64,000 nt of DNA from assembly GCA_963801355.1 (NCBI GenBank), contig CAWDEM010000004.1:896001-960000 (forward strand), given 5' to 3'. Positions 46,560 to 57,620 of the stretch are shown here, piece after piece (position 1 is the stretch's first letter; each line of letters opens with the position of its first letter). The position numbers and the translations under genes are program-made. The notes beneath the pieces are model-generated. The model did not search any database, was not told where the DNA came from, and worked only from the letters and a program-made list of their open reading frames with translations. This stretch comes from Ignavibacteriota bacterium. Its GTDB lineage: Bacteria; Bacteroidota; Ignavibacteria; UBA10030; UBA6906.

Positions 46560-47151
46560 TGAACCTGCCCTTGAAATGACTCCACGAAATATCATTCGTG
46601 GTCTTGAAATCCACCCACCGCTGAATCATCCAGTAATTGCTCTGACTCGGGCGCAGCGTGAACTGCAACGTGCCCCGGGCTTTCTTCGGAAAGCCCTCAT
46701 CACTATGTTCGAACACAAACGTGTAGTCATAGCCGTACACCACGGAGTCGGCAGAGACCGTGGATCCCGTTGCGGTGAGAGTAAGGCTCGAGTAGGCCTG
46801 CGCCGAGCTGCGGGCAATGAGGTTCTCAAAATAGGTCTGTTCGTCGCCGAGCGTCCATGACTCCAGAGCCCCGGTATACAACCCTGCGGCTTCGGGAGAA
46901 GGAGTGAAGATGAAGGGCGCATTTCCTTTCATCGGGTCGGCAAAACAGCTGATGTAGTTGGCGGCGTTCTTCTGCTCGATTGCGCTCTGCAGGTTGGCAA
47001 TGACAACAGACGGCTCCGTGGGCGGCTTGAAATTGAGACTGGATTGGGACGGTTCCTCGGGATCGCGCGGTTCAAAAAGTCCGCATCCCGTAAATAACGC
47101 ACAAAACAGAAGGCTGAACAGGCCGAGATATGCCGGGAAACGGGGAATCAC
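46552..47151 (-). CDS. Hypothetical lipoprotein
   Basis: [15 protein letters not shown] lipobox; ends WMIQRWVD...SWSHFKG; coupled to recR. Confidence 0.75.
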   Translation of the reverse strand: MIPRFPAYLGLFSLLFCALFTGCGLFEPRDPEEPSQSSLNFKPPTEPSVVIANLQSAIEQKNAANYISCFADPMKGNAPFIFTPSPEAAGLYTGALESWTLGDEQTYFENLIARSSAQAYSSLTLTATGSTVSADSVVYGYDYTFVFEHSDEGFPKKARGTLQFTLRPSQSNYWMIQRWVDFKTTNDISWSHFKGRFSD

Positions 47152-47744
47152 AGTGTGATCCTTCCCTCCAGTGCCCTCGACAGCGTGGCTTCGTCCGCAA
47201 ATTCCAGGTTCCCGCCGACAGGGATGCCCCGGGCCAGCCGTGTGACCTTCACTCCCAGCGGTTTCAGCAGTTTCGCGAGATAGATCGTCGTGGCTTCTCC
47301 CTCGACCGTCGGATTGAGCGCCAGGATGACCTCGGTGACCTCGCCGGGGAAGCGCCGGAGCAGTTCCCTTACCTTCAGGTCATCCGGCCCGATGCCGTCG
47401 AGCGGAGAGAGCGCACCGCCGAGCACATGATACAGCCCGCGGAACTCATTGGTTTTCTCCAGAGCCATGACATCGCTCGGTTCCTCGACGACGCACACCG
47501 TCGTGCGCTCTCGTTTCGTGCTCGTGCAGATGGCACACGGGTCAGACTCGGTGATGTTGCAGCAGACGGAGCAGGAAGTGATGCGGTCTTTGACGTCCAC
47601 CAGTGCGCGGGCCATTTTCACGACATCCTCCCGCGGACGCTTCAGCACGAACAGGGCAAGGCGGAGCGCGGTCTTCCGCCCGATGCCCGGGAGTTGCGCA
47701 AATTCCTCGATCAGCTGCTGCAAAGCCTCAGATGTGTAGAGCAC
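47148..47744 (-). CDS. recR: Recombination mediator RecR
   Basis: [14 protein letters not shown]4 zinc finger, [15 protein letters not shown]. Confidence 0.96.
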   Translation of the reverse strand: MLYTSEALQQLIEEFAQLPGIGRKTALRLALFVLKRPREDVVKMARALVDVKDRITSCSVCCNITESDPCAICTSTKRERTTVCVVEEPSDVMALEKTNEFRGLYHVLGGALSPLDGIGPDDLKVRELLRRFPGEVTEVILALNPTVEGEATTIYLAKLLKPLGVKVTRLARGIPVGGNLEFADEATLSRALEGRITL

Positions 47745-47745
47745 C

Positions 47746-48084
47746 TTACAGCCCCGGCAGGTTCAGTCCCGGGATGTTCGGCAAGAGACCGCTCGTTGCT
47801 TTCGACATCTCGTCCTGGGCAAGTTTCTGGGATTCTTCGATGGCTTTGTTGGCCGCGGCGAGAATGAGGTCTTCGAGCATCTCGCGATCGTCGGGATTGA
47901 TGACTTCCTTCTCAATCGCCAGCGCGGTGAGACGCTGTTTCCCGTTTGCGGTTACCTTCACCATGCCGCCTCCGGCGTCGCCAACCACGGTCTTGTGCTC
48001 GAGCTCTTCATTGACCTGCGCCATGCGCTCCTGCATCTTTTGCACCTGTTTCATCATCCCGGACATGTTGGGCATTGCCGCCAT
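47746..48084 (-). CDS. ybaB: YbaB/EbfC nucleoid-associated protein
   Basis: [31 protein letters not shown]. Confidence 0.93.
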   Translation of the reverse strand: MAAMPNMSGMMKQVQKMQERMAQVNEELEHKTVVGDAGGGMVKVTANGKQRLTALAIEKEVINPDDREMLEDLILAAANKAIEESQKLAQDEMSKATSGLLPNIPGLNLPGL

Positions 48085-48123
48085 AGGGGTCCTCGGTGTG
48101 AAAAAGAGAGACAATTGCCAAAA

Positions 48124-48183
48124 AATATACCTGAAAGGGCAGGGAAAGTCAAATTTGACTTTCCAGGCGAAAACCGTTACCTT
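48124..48183. promoter_or_regulatory. Bidirectional promoter built on a perfect 22-bp palindrome
   Basis: GGAAAGTCAAATTTGACTTTCC (48143-48164); plus strand TTGACT-17-TACCTT, minus strand TTGACT-17-TATATT. Confidence 0.7.
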
Positions 48184-48247
48184 TTTCTTCCAGCCGTCTG
48201 CAATTCTCGGGCGGGACACGTCTATCTTTGATGGGAGAGTGTATTAG

Positions 48248-49084
48248 TTGACCAGGGGTCCGCAGGAAGCGTCGGGCGAAGACAAGCCAAAGCAGGAACA
48301 GCTTCGTTCTTCAGGGGAGATTCCCCGACATATTGCCATCATCATGGACGGAAACGGCCGATGGGCGAAACAGCGAGGGCTGCCGCGCATTGCGGGCCAT
48401 CGTGAGGGCGTCGAGTCCGTTCGAGATATCGTCGAGGCCTGCGGTCAGCTGGGCGTCGGCTATCTCACCCTGTACACGTTTTCGACGGAAAACTGGAAGC
48501 GTCCCCAGGAAGAAGTATCAATGTTGATGCGGCTTCTGCTCACCGCCCTTCGCGACGAGACAGACCGCCTCCACACCAACAATGTCCGCGTCCGCACCAT
48601 CGGTGACGTGCGCGCACTCCCGCGCGAAATCCAGGCACAACTTCACGATGCCGGAGCAAAGACCGCCGAGAACACCGGACTCACCTTAATGCTCGCACTG
48701 AGCTATAGCGGACGATGGGAACTGACCGAAGCAGTGAAGGCCATTGCCCGCAAGGTCGCCGACGGGCAGCTCCGGCCGGATGAGATCGGTGAAGCAACCG
48801 TGGCAGGGCAGCTGCAAACAGCCGGGGCGCCTGATCCGGATCTTCTCGTGCGCACGAGCGGGGAACTGCGGCTGAGCAATTTTCTGCTCTGGCAATTGGC
48901 CTACACTGAATTGTACATAACGCCGAAATACTGGCCTGCGTTCCGGCGTCTGGAACTGTATGAAGCAATAGCCGCCTATCAGAGGCGCGAACGCCGGTTC
49001 GGCATGGTGAGCGAACAGGTGCAACAGCCCGAGACGAAAAAGGGGAGCCTCGGTCGAATTCTCAAGAGTGCGGTAGGACCCTGA
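48248..49084 (+). CDS. uppS: Undecaprenyl diphosphate synthase
   Basis: PRHIAIIMDGNGRWA, FSTENWKRP, RTSGELRLSNFLLWQ, RERRFG. Confidence 0.96.
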   Translation: MTRGPQEASGEDKPKQEQLRSSGEIPRHIAIIMDGNGRWAKQRGLPRIAGHREGVESVRDIVEACGQLGVGYLTLYTFSTENWKRPQEEVSMLMRLLLTALRDETDRLHTNNVRVRTIGDVRALPREIQAQLHDAGAKTAENTGLTLMLALSYSGRWELTEAVKAIARKVADGQLRPDEIGEATVAGQLQTAGAPDPDLLVRTSGELRLSNFLLWQLAYTELYITPKYWPAFRRLELYEAIAAYQRRERRFGMVSEQVQQPETKKGSLGRILKSAVGP

Positions 49085-49089
49085 TCATT

Positions 49090-51462
49090 ATGAAGAAGCA
49101 AGCTTCTGTGCTGGTGGCCATCGGCGTGCTGTTGTCTGTCCCGTTCCATCTCCAAGCGCAAAACCAACCTCCCCAGGAAGTCTACAAGATCCTCGGCATC
49201 ACCGTCGAAGGGAACAGCCTTGCTGATCCGGCGGCGATTATCGCCAATTCGGGCCTGAAGGTCGAAAATGAAATTGCCGTACCCGGCGATCAGGTGGGCA
49301 ATGCCGTGAAGAAACTCTGGTCTCTCCGCCTGTTTGAAGACGTGCAGGTGTCCATCGACCGGAAGATGGGCAATGGCGTCTTTCTGCTTATCAAGGTGAA
49401 AGAATACCCGCGCTTCGAAACCATGGAGATCACAGGTAACGACGAGCTGAGCACTGACGACATCAAGAAAGTCATGCCCCTGGTCCGCGGCCAGGTCCTT
49501 GCCCCTGCCGATCTTAAGAAAATGGAGCGGGACATCAAGAAACTCTACGATAAGGATGGGTATCTCCTGGCAAAGGTAGACATCACGACCGTTCCTGCCG
49601 ACACCGGCGACCGGCGCAGGAATGTGGAAGTGCGTATCGATGAGGGCAACAAGGTCACCATCCGGAGCATTACCTTCGACGGCGATACGGCGTTCGATGA
49701 CGGCGATCTCCGGGGCGCAATGGACGAGACTTCCGAAAGCGCCTGGTGGAAATTCTGGTCATCGGCGAAATTCGACGCGAAGAAGTACGAAGAGGACAAA
49801 GGCAAGATCATCCAGTTCTACCGGAAACACGGGTATCGCGATGCACAGATCCTTTCCGACTCCATCTGGTACAGCCAGGACAAGGAGGATATGTTCATCC
49901 ACATACGCGTCAACGAGGGTGCGCAGTACAAGATCCGCCACATCACATGGCAGGGGAACACGGTGTACCCCGACGCCATCCTGAACGACCGCCTGAATAT
50001 ACTCCCCGGGGAAGTGTATAACGCCGAGAAGTTCGAACAAAACCTCCGCGGCAATGAAGACCAGTCCGATGTCGCATCACTCTACCTGGACAACGGATAC
50101 CTCCGGTTCAACCTCGAACCCAAAGAGACCCGGGTCGGGACCGACAGTATCGATATCCAGATCAGCGTGTACGAGATGAACCAGTTCAAGCTGGCGCACG
50201 TGAACATCAAAGGCAACACGAAAACGCAGGAAAAGGTCATCCGGCGTGAACTCTATACCCGTCCCGGCGACTATTTCAGCCGCGCTGCGATTGTGCGCAG
50301 CATCCGCCAGCTTTCGCAGCTCAATTATTTCAATCCGGAAAAGATCAAGCCGGACTACGTCCTTGCGGACGAGAAGACGGTGGATCTCACGTACGAAGTG
50401 GAAGAGAAATCCAGCGACAATATCAACGCGTCGGTCGGCTACAGCGGGGCGTTCGGTGTCACGGGTGCTCTGGGCTTCACGATCAACAACTTCTCCATCA
50501 GCGAGCCGCTCTCGGGCGGAGCGGGTCAGATTCTGAATTTCGAATGGATGTTCGGCGAAGGATCGCGCTACCGCACATTCACACTCGGATTCACCGAACC
50601 GTGGTTGTTCGATACGGCAACCTTGCTGGGGGTGACGTTGTTTGACACCCGGCAGATCTACACGTTTGATTATGAGCGGACCGGCGGGTCAGTCCGTGTC
50701 GGCCGACGTTTCCGGTGGCCCGACGACTACTTCCGCGGCGACTGGATCATCGACGGCCAGGTCAACGAAGTGCGCGACGGTGCAGGCATCTACCGCGAAG
50801 GGCGGTCCACACAGGTGAGTCTGACACAGGTGATTTCCCGCAACAGCATTGACAACCCGATCTTTCCAACCACCGGGTCCAATGTCTCGCTCTCGATTCA
50901 AATGTCCGGGGGCCCCTTGCTCCCCGGCAACCTCGATTTTCACAAGTGGCTCCTGAGCGGCGAGTGGTACCTTCCGCTGTTCAATTCCAGCAAGCTGGCG
51001 CTCTACCTGAGCTCCTCGTACGGGTACATTGCACAGTTCTACAAGGATTCCTGGATCCAGCCCGTGGACTTGTTCTTCATGGGTGGTACCGGTCTGGGCT
51101 ATATTTCCACCACGCCACTCCGCGGGTACGAAGATCAATCGGTCGGTCCACGCAACGCGAACGGTGAAATTGTGGGGGGGCGGGCAATGGCGAAGCAGAC
51201 ACTCGAGCTTCGCTTTGCCGTCTCCATCAATCCGATACCCATCTATGTCCTCGCCTTCGCCGAGGGCGGCAATGTCTTTGAATCGTTCTCCCGTGCAGAC
51301 TTTTTTGATCTGAAGCGATCCGTCGGTCTTGGTGCCCGGATCCAGATCAATCCCATCGGGATGATCGGGTTTGATTACGGCTACGGGTTTGACGACGTGT
51401 ATCCGCGCGACGGCAAAGCGGACGGCTGGAAATTCCACTTTGTCTTCGGGCGCGGGTTCTGA
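49090..51462 (+). CDS. bamA: Outer membrane protein assembly factor BamA
   Basis: POTRA repeats, GNTKTQEKVIRRE, LRGY, C-terminal FHFVFGRGF. Confidence 0.95.
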   Translation: MKKQASVLVAIGVLLSVPFHLQAQNQPPQEVYKILGITVEGNSLADPAAIIANSGLKVENEIAVPGDQVGNAVKKLWSLRLFEDVQVSIDRKMGNGVFLLIKVKEYPRFETMEITGNDELSTDDIKKVMPLVRGQVLAPADLKKMERDIKKLYDKDGYLLAKVDITTVPADTGDRRRNVEVRIDEGNKVTIRSITFDGDTAFDDGDLRGAMDETSESAWWKFWSSAKFDAKKYEEDKGKIIQFYRKHGYRDAQILSDSIWYSQDKEDMFIHIRVNEGAQYKIRHITWQGNTVYPDAILNDRLNILPGEVYNAEKFEQNLRGNEDQSDVASLYLDNGYLRFNLEPKETRVGTDSIDIQISVYEMNQFKLAHVNIKGNTKTQEKVIRRELYTRPGDYFSRAAIVRSIRQLSQLNYFNPEKIKPDYVLADEKTVDLTYEVEEKSSDNINASVGYSGAFGVTGALGFTINNFSISEPLSGGAGQILNFEWMFGEGSRYRTFTLGFTEPWLFDTATLLGVTLFDTRQIYTFDYERTGGSVRVGRRFRWPDDYFRGDWIIDGQVNEVRDGAGIYREGRSTQVSLTQVISRNSIDNPIFPTTGSNVSLSIQMSGGPLLPGNLDFHKWLLSGEWYLPLFNSSKLALYLSSSYGYIAQFYKDSWIQPVDLFFMGGTGLGYISTTPLRGYEDQSVGPRNANGEIVGGRAMAKQTLELRFAVSINPIPIYVLAFAEGGNVFESFSRADFFDLKRSVGLGARIQINPIGMIGFDYGYGFDDVYPRDGKADGWKFHFVFGRGF

Positions 51463-51505
51463 TGTCCTGCTCAATTCACACCATCATACAAAGAACGAGG
51501 TAGAC

Positions 51506-52030
51506 GTGAAGAAATACGTTTTTGCCCTTCTCGCAGTCGCGATGTGCATTACCGGCGCACGTGCACAGTCCCAGAAAATCGGCTATGTCAATTCCGCCAA
51601 GATATTCCAGGAGCTCCCGGCGGCCCAGGAAGCGCAGCGCAAGATCGACGCACTCGGCAAGCCGATCCAGGACTCTCTCGAGGCCATGCAGAGGGAGTTG
51701 CAGGCGCGCTACGATGAATATCAGAAGAAGGAAGCGCTGATGACCGAGACCGCCAAGAAGACGGAGCAGCAGAAACTGGTCGAGTTCCAGCGCAAGGCCG
51801 AAGAATACCGCGTGGCGAAACTCGGCAACGACGGCGAGCTTGCCCGCGAAACGGAAAAACTGCTCACCCCGTTGCGCGAGCGGATCAAGAACGCCATCGC
51901 CGCCGTCGCAAAAGAAGAAAAGTACAGCTTTGTCTTCGACAAGACCGAAACCATCCAGATTCTCCTCTACGGCGATCCGGCACATGACGTCACCTTCAAG
52001 GTCATCGACCGTCTGAAGCGGGGGCGGTAA
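51506..52030 (+). CDS. skp: OmpH/Skp chaperone
   Basis: KIGYVNSAKIFQELP, YSFVFDK, DVTFKV; GTG start with GAGG RBS. Confidence 0.9.
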   Translation: MKKYVFALLAVAMCITGARAQSQKIGYVNSAKIFQELPAAQEAQRKIDALGKPIQDSLEAMQRELQARYDEYQKKEALMTETAKKTEQQKLVEFQRKAEEYRVAKLGNDGELARETEKLLTPLRERIKNAIAAVAKEEKYSFVFDKTETIQILLYGDPAHDVTFKVIDRLKRGR

Positions 52031-52059
52031 TCCCGCTCACCGGCGCAACCTATCGGAGA

Positions 52060-52584
52060 ATGCGTATGAAATCCACAGTCGTTATCCTGCTGCTTGTGTG
52101 CGTCACGGCGTTCGGGATCGGACAGACCAAGATCGCCCACATCAACTCCGAATCCATCATGCAAACGCTGCCGGAGGCCATCGACGCACAGAAATCTCTC
52201 GACGCCCTCGTGGCTCAATGGGAGACGGAATTGCAGAAGATGCAGGCGGAGTGGAAGAAGAAATTCGATGACTACGACAAGAAGAAGCTGATTCTGACGG
52301 AACAGGTGCGCGGCGATCAGGAAAAGGAACTCCGCGACATGGATGCGGCAGTGTCGGACTTCCGGAACAAGAAGTTTGGCCCGAGCGGTGAGCTGTTCCA
52401 GAAACAAAACGAAGTCATGAAGCCGATCCAGAACAAGATCTTCAAGGTTCTGGACGAAATCGCCAAGGAAGATGGTTTCGACTACATCTTCGACAAGAGC
52501 GGGGAGATCCTCTTGCTGTATTCGAACGACAAACTGGATCTGACCCAGCGGGTGATCTCGCGTATGCAATCGTTCGGCAAGTAA
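52060..52584 (+). CDS. skp: OmpH/Skp chaperone (second copy)
   Basis: [31 protein letters not shown]. Confidence 0.9.
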   Translation: MRMKSTVVILLLVCVTAFGIGQTKIAHINSESIMQTLPEAIDAQKSLDALVAQWETELQKMQAEWKKKFDDYDKKKLILTEQVRGDQEKELRDMDAAVSDFRNKKFGPSGELFQKQNEVMKPIQNKIFKVLDEIAKEDGFDYIFDKSGEILLLYSNDKLDLTQRVISRMQSFGK

Positions 52585-52597
52585 GCGGACGCCGGGC

Positions 52598-53674
52598 ATG
52601 ACACTCCGGGAGATCGCCCAATTCCTCGATGCGACGCTCGAGGGGAACCCCGACCAGGAGATCCTCCGTGTGGCGAAAATCGAAGAGGCGGGCGCGGGAG
52701 CAATCACGTTCCTCGCCAACCCGAAGTACGCGCGCCATCTTGCCACAACGCATGCATCCGCGGCAATTGTCGGTCGTGCCGTCACGGTGGAAGGCAGGCC
52801 GCCCGAGCTGCCGCCCCTGACGCTTGTGCGCGTGGCCGATCCCTACGTCGGGTTCGTCCGGATTCTGGCGAAGCTCCACCCGCCTCCGCCGCCGCTCCCC
52901 CCCGGCATTCATCCGACGGCTGTCGTGGATTCCAGCGCCACGCTCGGCGCCGATGTGCGCATCGGAGCACACGCGGTGATCGGGGCACGGTGTCAGCTCG
53001 GTGCACGCACAATGATCGGCCCCTGTGCCACCGTGGGTGATGATGTGCGCATCGGAGACGATTCCATCCTGTACGCCAACGTCAGCATCCGCGAAGGATG
53101 CTGCATCGGTGCGCGATGCATCCTCCAGCCGGGCGCGGTCATCGGCAGCGACGGTTTCGGCTTTGCGCCGAAACCGGACGGTTCGTACGAGAAGATTCCA
53201 CAGATGGGCGTCGTCGTGATCGAAGACGATGTCGAAATCGGAGCCAACACGACGGTGGATCGCGCCACGCTGGGCGAAACCCGCATCAAAAAGGGCGCGA
53301 AGCTGGATAATCTGATCCAGGTCGCGCACAATGTCGTGATCGGCCAGAACACCGTGATGGCTGCACAGAGCGGCATCTCCGGCAGCACGCGGATCGGCAA
53401 CAATGTCATGGTGGCCGGGCAGGTGGGATTCACCGGCCACATCGAGGTGGCCGACGGCGTCAAGATCGGAGCGCAATCCGGTGTTCACCGTTCGTTGACG
53501 ACGGCCAACGCGACGTATTTCGGGACCCCGGCGTACCCCCATCGTGAAGCAATGCGCATCTACGGGTCCTTTCCCCAGCTGCCGGATCTCCTCGCGACGG
53601 TGCGGGACCTCGTCAAGCGTTTGGGCTCTCACACCCCTCCGGAGGGAGAGAGCCGGTCCGGACCTCAACAGTAA
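52598..53674 (+). CDS. lpxD: UDP-3-O-acylglucosamine N-acyltransferase
   Basis: FLANPKY, hexapeptide repeats, [22 protein letters not shown]. Confidence 0.95.
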   Translation: MTLREIAQFLDATLEGNPDQEILRVAKIEEAGAGAITFLANPKYARHLATTHASAAIVGRAVTVEGRPPELPPLTLVRVADPYVGFVRILAKLHPPPPPLPPGIHPTAVVDSSATLGADVRIGAHAVIGARCQLGARTMIGPCATVGDDVRIGDDSILYANVSIREGCCIGARCILQPGAVIGSDGFGFAPKPDGSYEKIPQMGVVVIEDDVEIGANTTVDRATLGETRIKKGAKLDNLIQVAHNVVIGQNTVMAAQSGISGSTRIGNNVMVAGQVGFTGHIEVADGVKIGAQSGVHRSLTTANATYFGTPAYPHREAMRIYGSFPQLPDLLATVRDLVKRLGSHTPPEGESRSGPQQ

Positions 53675-53730
53675 GCTGAACCGCAATCTCCTGAAGAGCG
53701 CAACCTCAACCCTAAACTCTCACACACCCC

Positions 53731-55149
53731 ATGCTCGTCCAACAACGCACCCTCAAACAACTGGGCTCCATCCACGGCGTCGGTCTGCACACCGGAAGTC
53801 TGACCACAATGACATTCCGGCCCGCCCCCGAAGACACGGGCATCCGGTTCCGTCGCATTGATATGGGCGGGTCGCCGGAGATCCCGGCGGACGTGGACCA
53901 CGTGGTCGACATTTCGCGCGGGACGACCATCGGCATCGGCGATGCCCGCGTGCACACGATCGAGCATGTGATGGCGGCACTCGTGGGGCTTGAGGTGGAC
54001 AACTGCATTATCGAACTTGACGCCAACGAACCGCCCATCGGTGACGGAAGCGCCATGCCGTATGTCGATGTGCTGCTCAAGGCCGGCTTCGAAAAGCAGA
54101 ATGCACCCAAGGACTATCTGATCATCGACCAGACCGTCACCTATCACAACGAGGCGAAAGGCGTCGATATTGTCGCATTGCCACTCGACGACTATCGTAT
54201 CACCGTGATGGTGGACTATAACAACCCCGCGCTCGGAAGTCAGCACACCGGTCTGTTCAACCTGGAAAAGGAGTTCGTGACGGAGTTCGCTCCCACGCGA
54301 ACATTCTGTTTCCTCCACGAAGTGGAAATGCTCCACAGCGCCGGGCTGATCAAGGGCGGAAATCTCGACAACGCCATCGTCATTGTCGACCGTGACCTGG
54401 ATGACGATGAAATCCGCCGCATCTCCAGCAAGCTGGGTATCACGCACGCGGTCATCCTCGGTACCAAGGGCACACTCGACGACCGCCCTCTCCGGTTCAA
54501 GAACGAGCCTGCACGGCACAAGCTGCTCGATTTGATGGGCGATCTTGCACTGATCGGTGTACCGCTGAAGGCGCAGATTCTTGCCGCGCGCCCCGGCCAC
54601 GCAAGCAACATTGAATTTGCACGGCTCATCCGCAAACTGTACCAGCAAAAGAAGCTCATACGCAAATATCAGCACGAACGCAAAGAAGGTGTGGTCTTCG
54701 ACATCAACGCGATCCAGAAGATCCTTCCTCATCGCTATCCGTTTTTGCTGATTGACAAGATCATCGATTTCAAGATCGACGAAAGCGTTGTCGGGGTGAA
54801 GAATGTCACCGTCAACGAGCCGTTCTTCGAGGGGCATTTCCCGGGTCAACCCGTGATGCCCGGCGTCCTGATCATTGAAGCCATGGCCCAGACAGGCGGG
54901 GTCCTCCTCCTCAACGGCGTGGAAAATCCCGGTGACAAACTGGTGTTCTTCATGTCCATCAACAACGCAAAGTTCCGCCGCCCGGTGGTCCCGGGGGACC
55001 AGCTGGTTTTCGAACTGAAGATGACGACGCGGAAGAGCCGGATCTGCACGATGAGCGGAAAAGCGTATGTCGACGGGAGCCTCGTCGCGGAGGCGGAACT
55101 GATGGCGTCGATTATTGATCGGAACGATGCGAAGAAACCCTCATCCTGA
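53731..55149 (+). CDS. lpxC-fabZ: Bifunctional LpxC/FabZ
   Basis: GVGLHTG, TIEH, RTF, HKLLD (LpxC); LPHRYPFLLID, GHFP, PGVLIIEAMAQ (FabZ). Confidence 0.96.
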   Translation: MLVQQRTLKQLGSIHGVGLHTGSLTTMTFRPAPEDTGIRFRRIDMGGSPEIPADVDHVVDISRGTTIGIGDARVHTIEHVMAALVGLEVDNCIIELDANEPPIGDGSAMPYVDVLLKAGFEKQNAPKDYLIIDQTVTYHNEAKGVDIVALPLDDYRITVMVDYNNPALGSQHTGLFNLEKEFVTEFAPTRTFCFLHEVEMLHSAGLIKGGNLDNAIVIVDRDLDDDEIRRISSKLGITHAVILGTKGTLDDRPLRFKNEPARHKLLDLMGDLALIGVPLKAQILAARPGHASNIEFARLIRKLYQQKKLIRKYQHERKEGVVFDINAIQKILPHRYPFLLIDKIIDFKIDESVVGVKNVTVNEPFFEGHFPGQPVMPGVLIIEAMAQTGGVLLLNGVENPGDKLVFFMSINNAKFRRPVVPGDQLVFELKMTTRKSRICTMSGKAYVDGSLVAEAELMASIIDRNDAKKPSS

Positions 55150-55161
55150 AGCCGGAACACT

Positions 55162-55962
55162 ATGACGGCGCAGATTGATCCGCGGGCGGTAGTCAGTCCC
55201 AGGGCGCAACTGGGCAACAACGTGACGATCGGCCCCTTCACCGTCGTCGAAGACGGGGCGGAGATCGGCGACGGCACCAGCGTGGCCGCGAATGCGTTGA
55301 TCGCCACCGGGGCCCGAATCGGCAAAGAGTGCAGGATTCACCACGCGGCCGTCATCGGTCACGCCCCGCAGGATCTGAAGTACGCGAACGAGCTGTCCGT
55401 GTGCGAGATCGGGGATCGGACGGTGGTGCGCGAGTTTGCGGCGCTTCACCGCGGGACCGGCGAGGGGGGCCGTACCGTGATCGGCACCGATTGCTTCCTG
55501 ATGGCATTTGTGCATGTCGCGCACGACTGCGTGGTCGGCAATCAGGTGGTCATGGCCAACGCCGCAATGCTGGCAGGGCACGTCATCGTGGAAGACTGGG
55601 TAATCATCGGCGGTCTTACGCCGGTCCACCAATTTTCCCACATCGGATGCCATGCCATGGTGGGCGGCGGTGTGCGGGTTTCGAAAGATGTTCCGCCGTA
55701 TTGCCTCGCCAGCAATCACCCCCTCGTCTTCGAAGGTCTCAACTCCATCGGCCTGCGACGCAGAGGTTTCAGCAGACAAACAATCGATGCGCTTGACCGG
55801 ACCTACCAGTTGGTGTACCGGTCCGGCAAGAACGTCACGCAGGCGCTCGAGAGTATCGCGGGGGAGCCTGCCCTCATGGCATTCCCCGAGGTCGCTCACG
55901 TCGTGGAGTTTATCCGTGCCAGTGAACGGGGTATTATCGGGGCTCCGCGTCTCCGTGCCTGA
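55162..55962 (+). CDS. lpxA: UDP-N-acetylglucosamine acyltransferase
   Basis: PQDLKY, HVAHDC, LAGHV, VHQF, DVPPY, GLRRRGF. Confidence 0.95.
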   Translation: MTAQIDPRAVVSPRAQLGNNVTIGPFTVVEDGAEIGDGTSVAANALIATGARIGKECRIHHAAVIGHAPQDLKYANELSVCEIGDRTVVREFAALHRGTGEGGRTVIGTDCFLMAFVHVAHDCVVGNQVVMANAAMLAGHVIVEDWVIIGGLTPVHQFSHIGCHAMVGGGVRVSKDVPPYCLASNHPLVFEGLNSIGLRRRGFSRQTIDALDRTYQLVYRSGKNVTQALESIAGEPALMAFPEVAHVVEFIRASERGIIGAPRLRA

Positions 55963-56731
55963 TCCTCCGTCCGCTCCCGGCAACTGGAGATTTGAAGATT
56001 CCGGCGCATGCCGGGGTGCGGAAAACATGCGCGCCGACGAGCAACGGGCCCTCGCGCTCCAGGCGTCGTCCGGGGACGGCGCGTTCGCGTCGCTTCGCCT
56101 GTACCGCTGGCAGCCCTGGACAATCTCGCTCGGCCATCACCAGTCTCCCGAGGATCTGGACCTCGGCCGATGCGCCGCGGAGGGTATCGATGTCGTCCGG
56201 CGGCCGACGGGAGGGCGTGCGATTCTTCATGCGGAGGAACTCACCTATTGCGTGGTGATGTACACCGGGCGACGCGCCGTTATGACGGTGTACAACGATA
56301 TCAGTCGCGCTCTCGTGCGCGGCCTGCAGTTGTTCGGTGTCGAAGTCACTCTTCAGAAATCACAGCCCAACTTCCCGGAAGCGTACCGGCATGCCTCGGC
56401 CATTCCCTGCTTCACGAGTTCCGCCCGTTACGAAATCGAATGGCGGGGCCGGAAACTGGTGGGAAGCGCGCAGCGGCGGTACGGTGATGGGGAGCGTGAC
56501 GTCGTCCTCCAGCACGGATCCATTCTCTGCGGCCCGGCACACAAAAGGCTCGTGGAGTTTCTCCGCGTTGCCGATCGGGCCGTGATGGACCGTGTCCGCC
56601 GGGAGATGGAAACGAAGACCGTGGATCTCCGGGAGATCACCGGAGCCGGTGTCGCCATCGATCGCCTCGCCGGCTGCATCAAGCGCGGATTTGAGGAAGA
56701 ATGGGGGATACAGTTCAGGACGGAAATGTGA
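55955..56731 (+). CDS. Lipoate-protein ligase / octanoyltransferase (LplA/LipM family)
   Basis: NMRADE, LRLYRW, VRRPTGGRAILH, ELTY, KLVGSAQ, QHGS. Confidence 0.88.
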   Translation: MPDPPSAPGNWRFEDSGACRGAENMRADEQRALALQASSGDGAFASLRLYRWQPWTISLGHHQSPEDLDLGRCAAEGIDVVRRPTGGRAILHAEELTYCVVMYTGRRAVMTVYNDISRALVRGLQLFGVEVTLQKSQPNFPEAYRHASAIPCFTSSARYEIEWRGRKLVGSAQRRYGDGERDVVLQHGSILCGPAHKRLVEFLRVADRAVMDRVRREMETKTVDLREITGAGVAIDRLAGCIKRGFEEEWGIQFRTEM

Positions 56732-56790
56732 ATCCACCATCCACGGTTGTGTATCCAGCTCGAGGATCCGCAACCAGCAGGAGACATGCC

Positions 56791-57615
56791 ATGAGCACAG
56801 CCCAGACCGAACAGAAGCCCCGGGTCGTCACTACCCGCTCGATCATGAAGATGAAAAGCACAGGCGAGAAAATCTGCGCGCTCACCGCGTACGATTTCCT
56901 TATCGCGCGTTTTCTCGACGAGGTCGGCATCGACATCATTCTCGTCGGAGACTCCCTGGGGAACGTTGTGCAAGGGCATGAAACCACCCTCCCGGTCACA
57001 GTGGAGGATATGATCTACCATGCCAAAGCGGTGAAACGGGCGGTGAAAAATGCGCTGATCGTGGTGGACATGCCCTTCATGTCATACCAGAACAGCCTCG
57101 AAGAGGCCGTCCGCAATTGTGGACGTGTCATGAAAGATGTGGGGGTCGGCGCGGTGAAGCTCGAAGGCGGGGCGTTCATTGCGGAGAAAGTCAGGCACCT
57201 TGTTGAAATCGGTATTCCGGTGATGGGGCACCTCGGATTGACGCCGCAGGCGATCAACAAATTCGGCACCTATGAAGTGCGCGCCACGGACAAGGCGGAA
57301 GCGGACCGGTTGGTGCGGGATGCGAAGATTCTCCAGGAGGCGGGCGTGTTTGCGATCGTCCTTGAAAAGATTCCCTCGAAGCTCGCGAAGAAGGTCACCG
57401 ACGTGCTGGCGGTCCCCACCGTCGGCATCGGCGCGGGGCCGCACTGCAACGGACAGGTTCTTGTGGTCTATGATATGCTCGGTCTGACCGAGGAATTCAA
57501 ACCCCGCTTTGTGAGGCGGTACGGGGAACTTGCCGGCGATGTCCGCAAGTCGTTCCGGAAATACATCCAGGATGTGAAATCCGGAGAGTTTCCATCAATG
57601 AAGGAGAGCTATTGA
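56791..57615 (+). CDS. panB: 3-methyl-2-oxobutanoate hydroxymethyltransferase
   Basis: LTAYD, LVGDSLG, DMPF, VKLEGG, GHLGLTPQ, GIGAG. Confidence 0.96.
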   Translation: MSTAQTEQKPRVVTTRSIMKMKSTGEKICALTAYDFLIARFLDEVGIDIILVGDSLGNVVQGHETTLPVTVEDMIYHAKAVKRAVKNALIVVDMPFMSYQNSLEEAVRNCGRVMKDVGVGAVKLEGGAFIAEKVRHLVEIGIPVMGHLGLTPQAINKFGTYEVRATDKAEADRLVRDAKILQEAGVFAIVLEKIPSKLAKKVTDVLAVPTVGIGAGPHCNGQVLVVYDMLGLTEEFKPRFVRRYGELAGDVRKSFRKYIQDVKSGEFPSMKESY

Positions 57616-57620
57616 GGGGA

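Noticed and set aside
53731-55149. LpxC-FabZ fusion and tandem skp as novelties
   Set aside because: Both are well known in Bacteroidota/Chlorobi-related lineages; useful only as taxonomic evidence.
5961-56028. Long antisense ORFs (e.g. 5961-6995, 31245-32417, 34078-35052, 52442-53686, 53665-54849)
   Set aside because: Shadows of real genes in GC-rich DNA, with no motifs or RBS.
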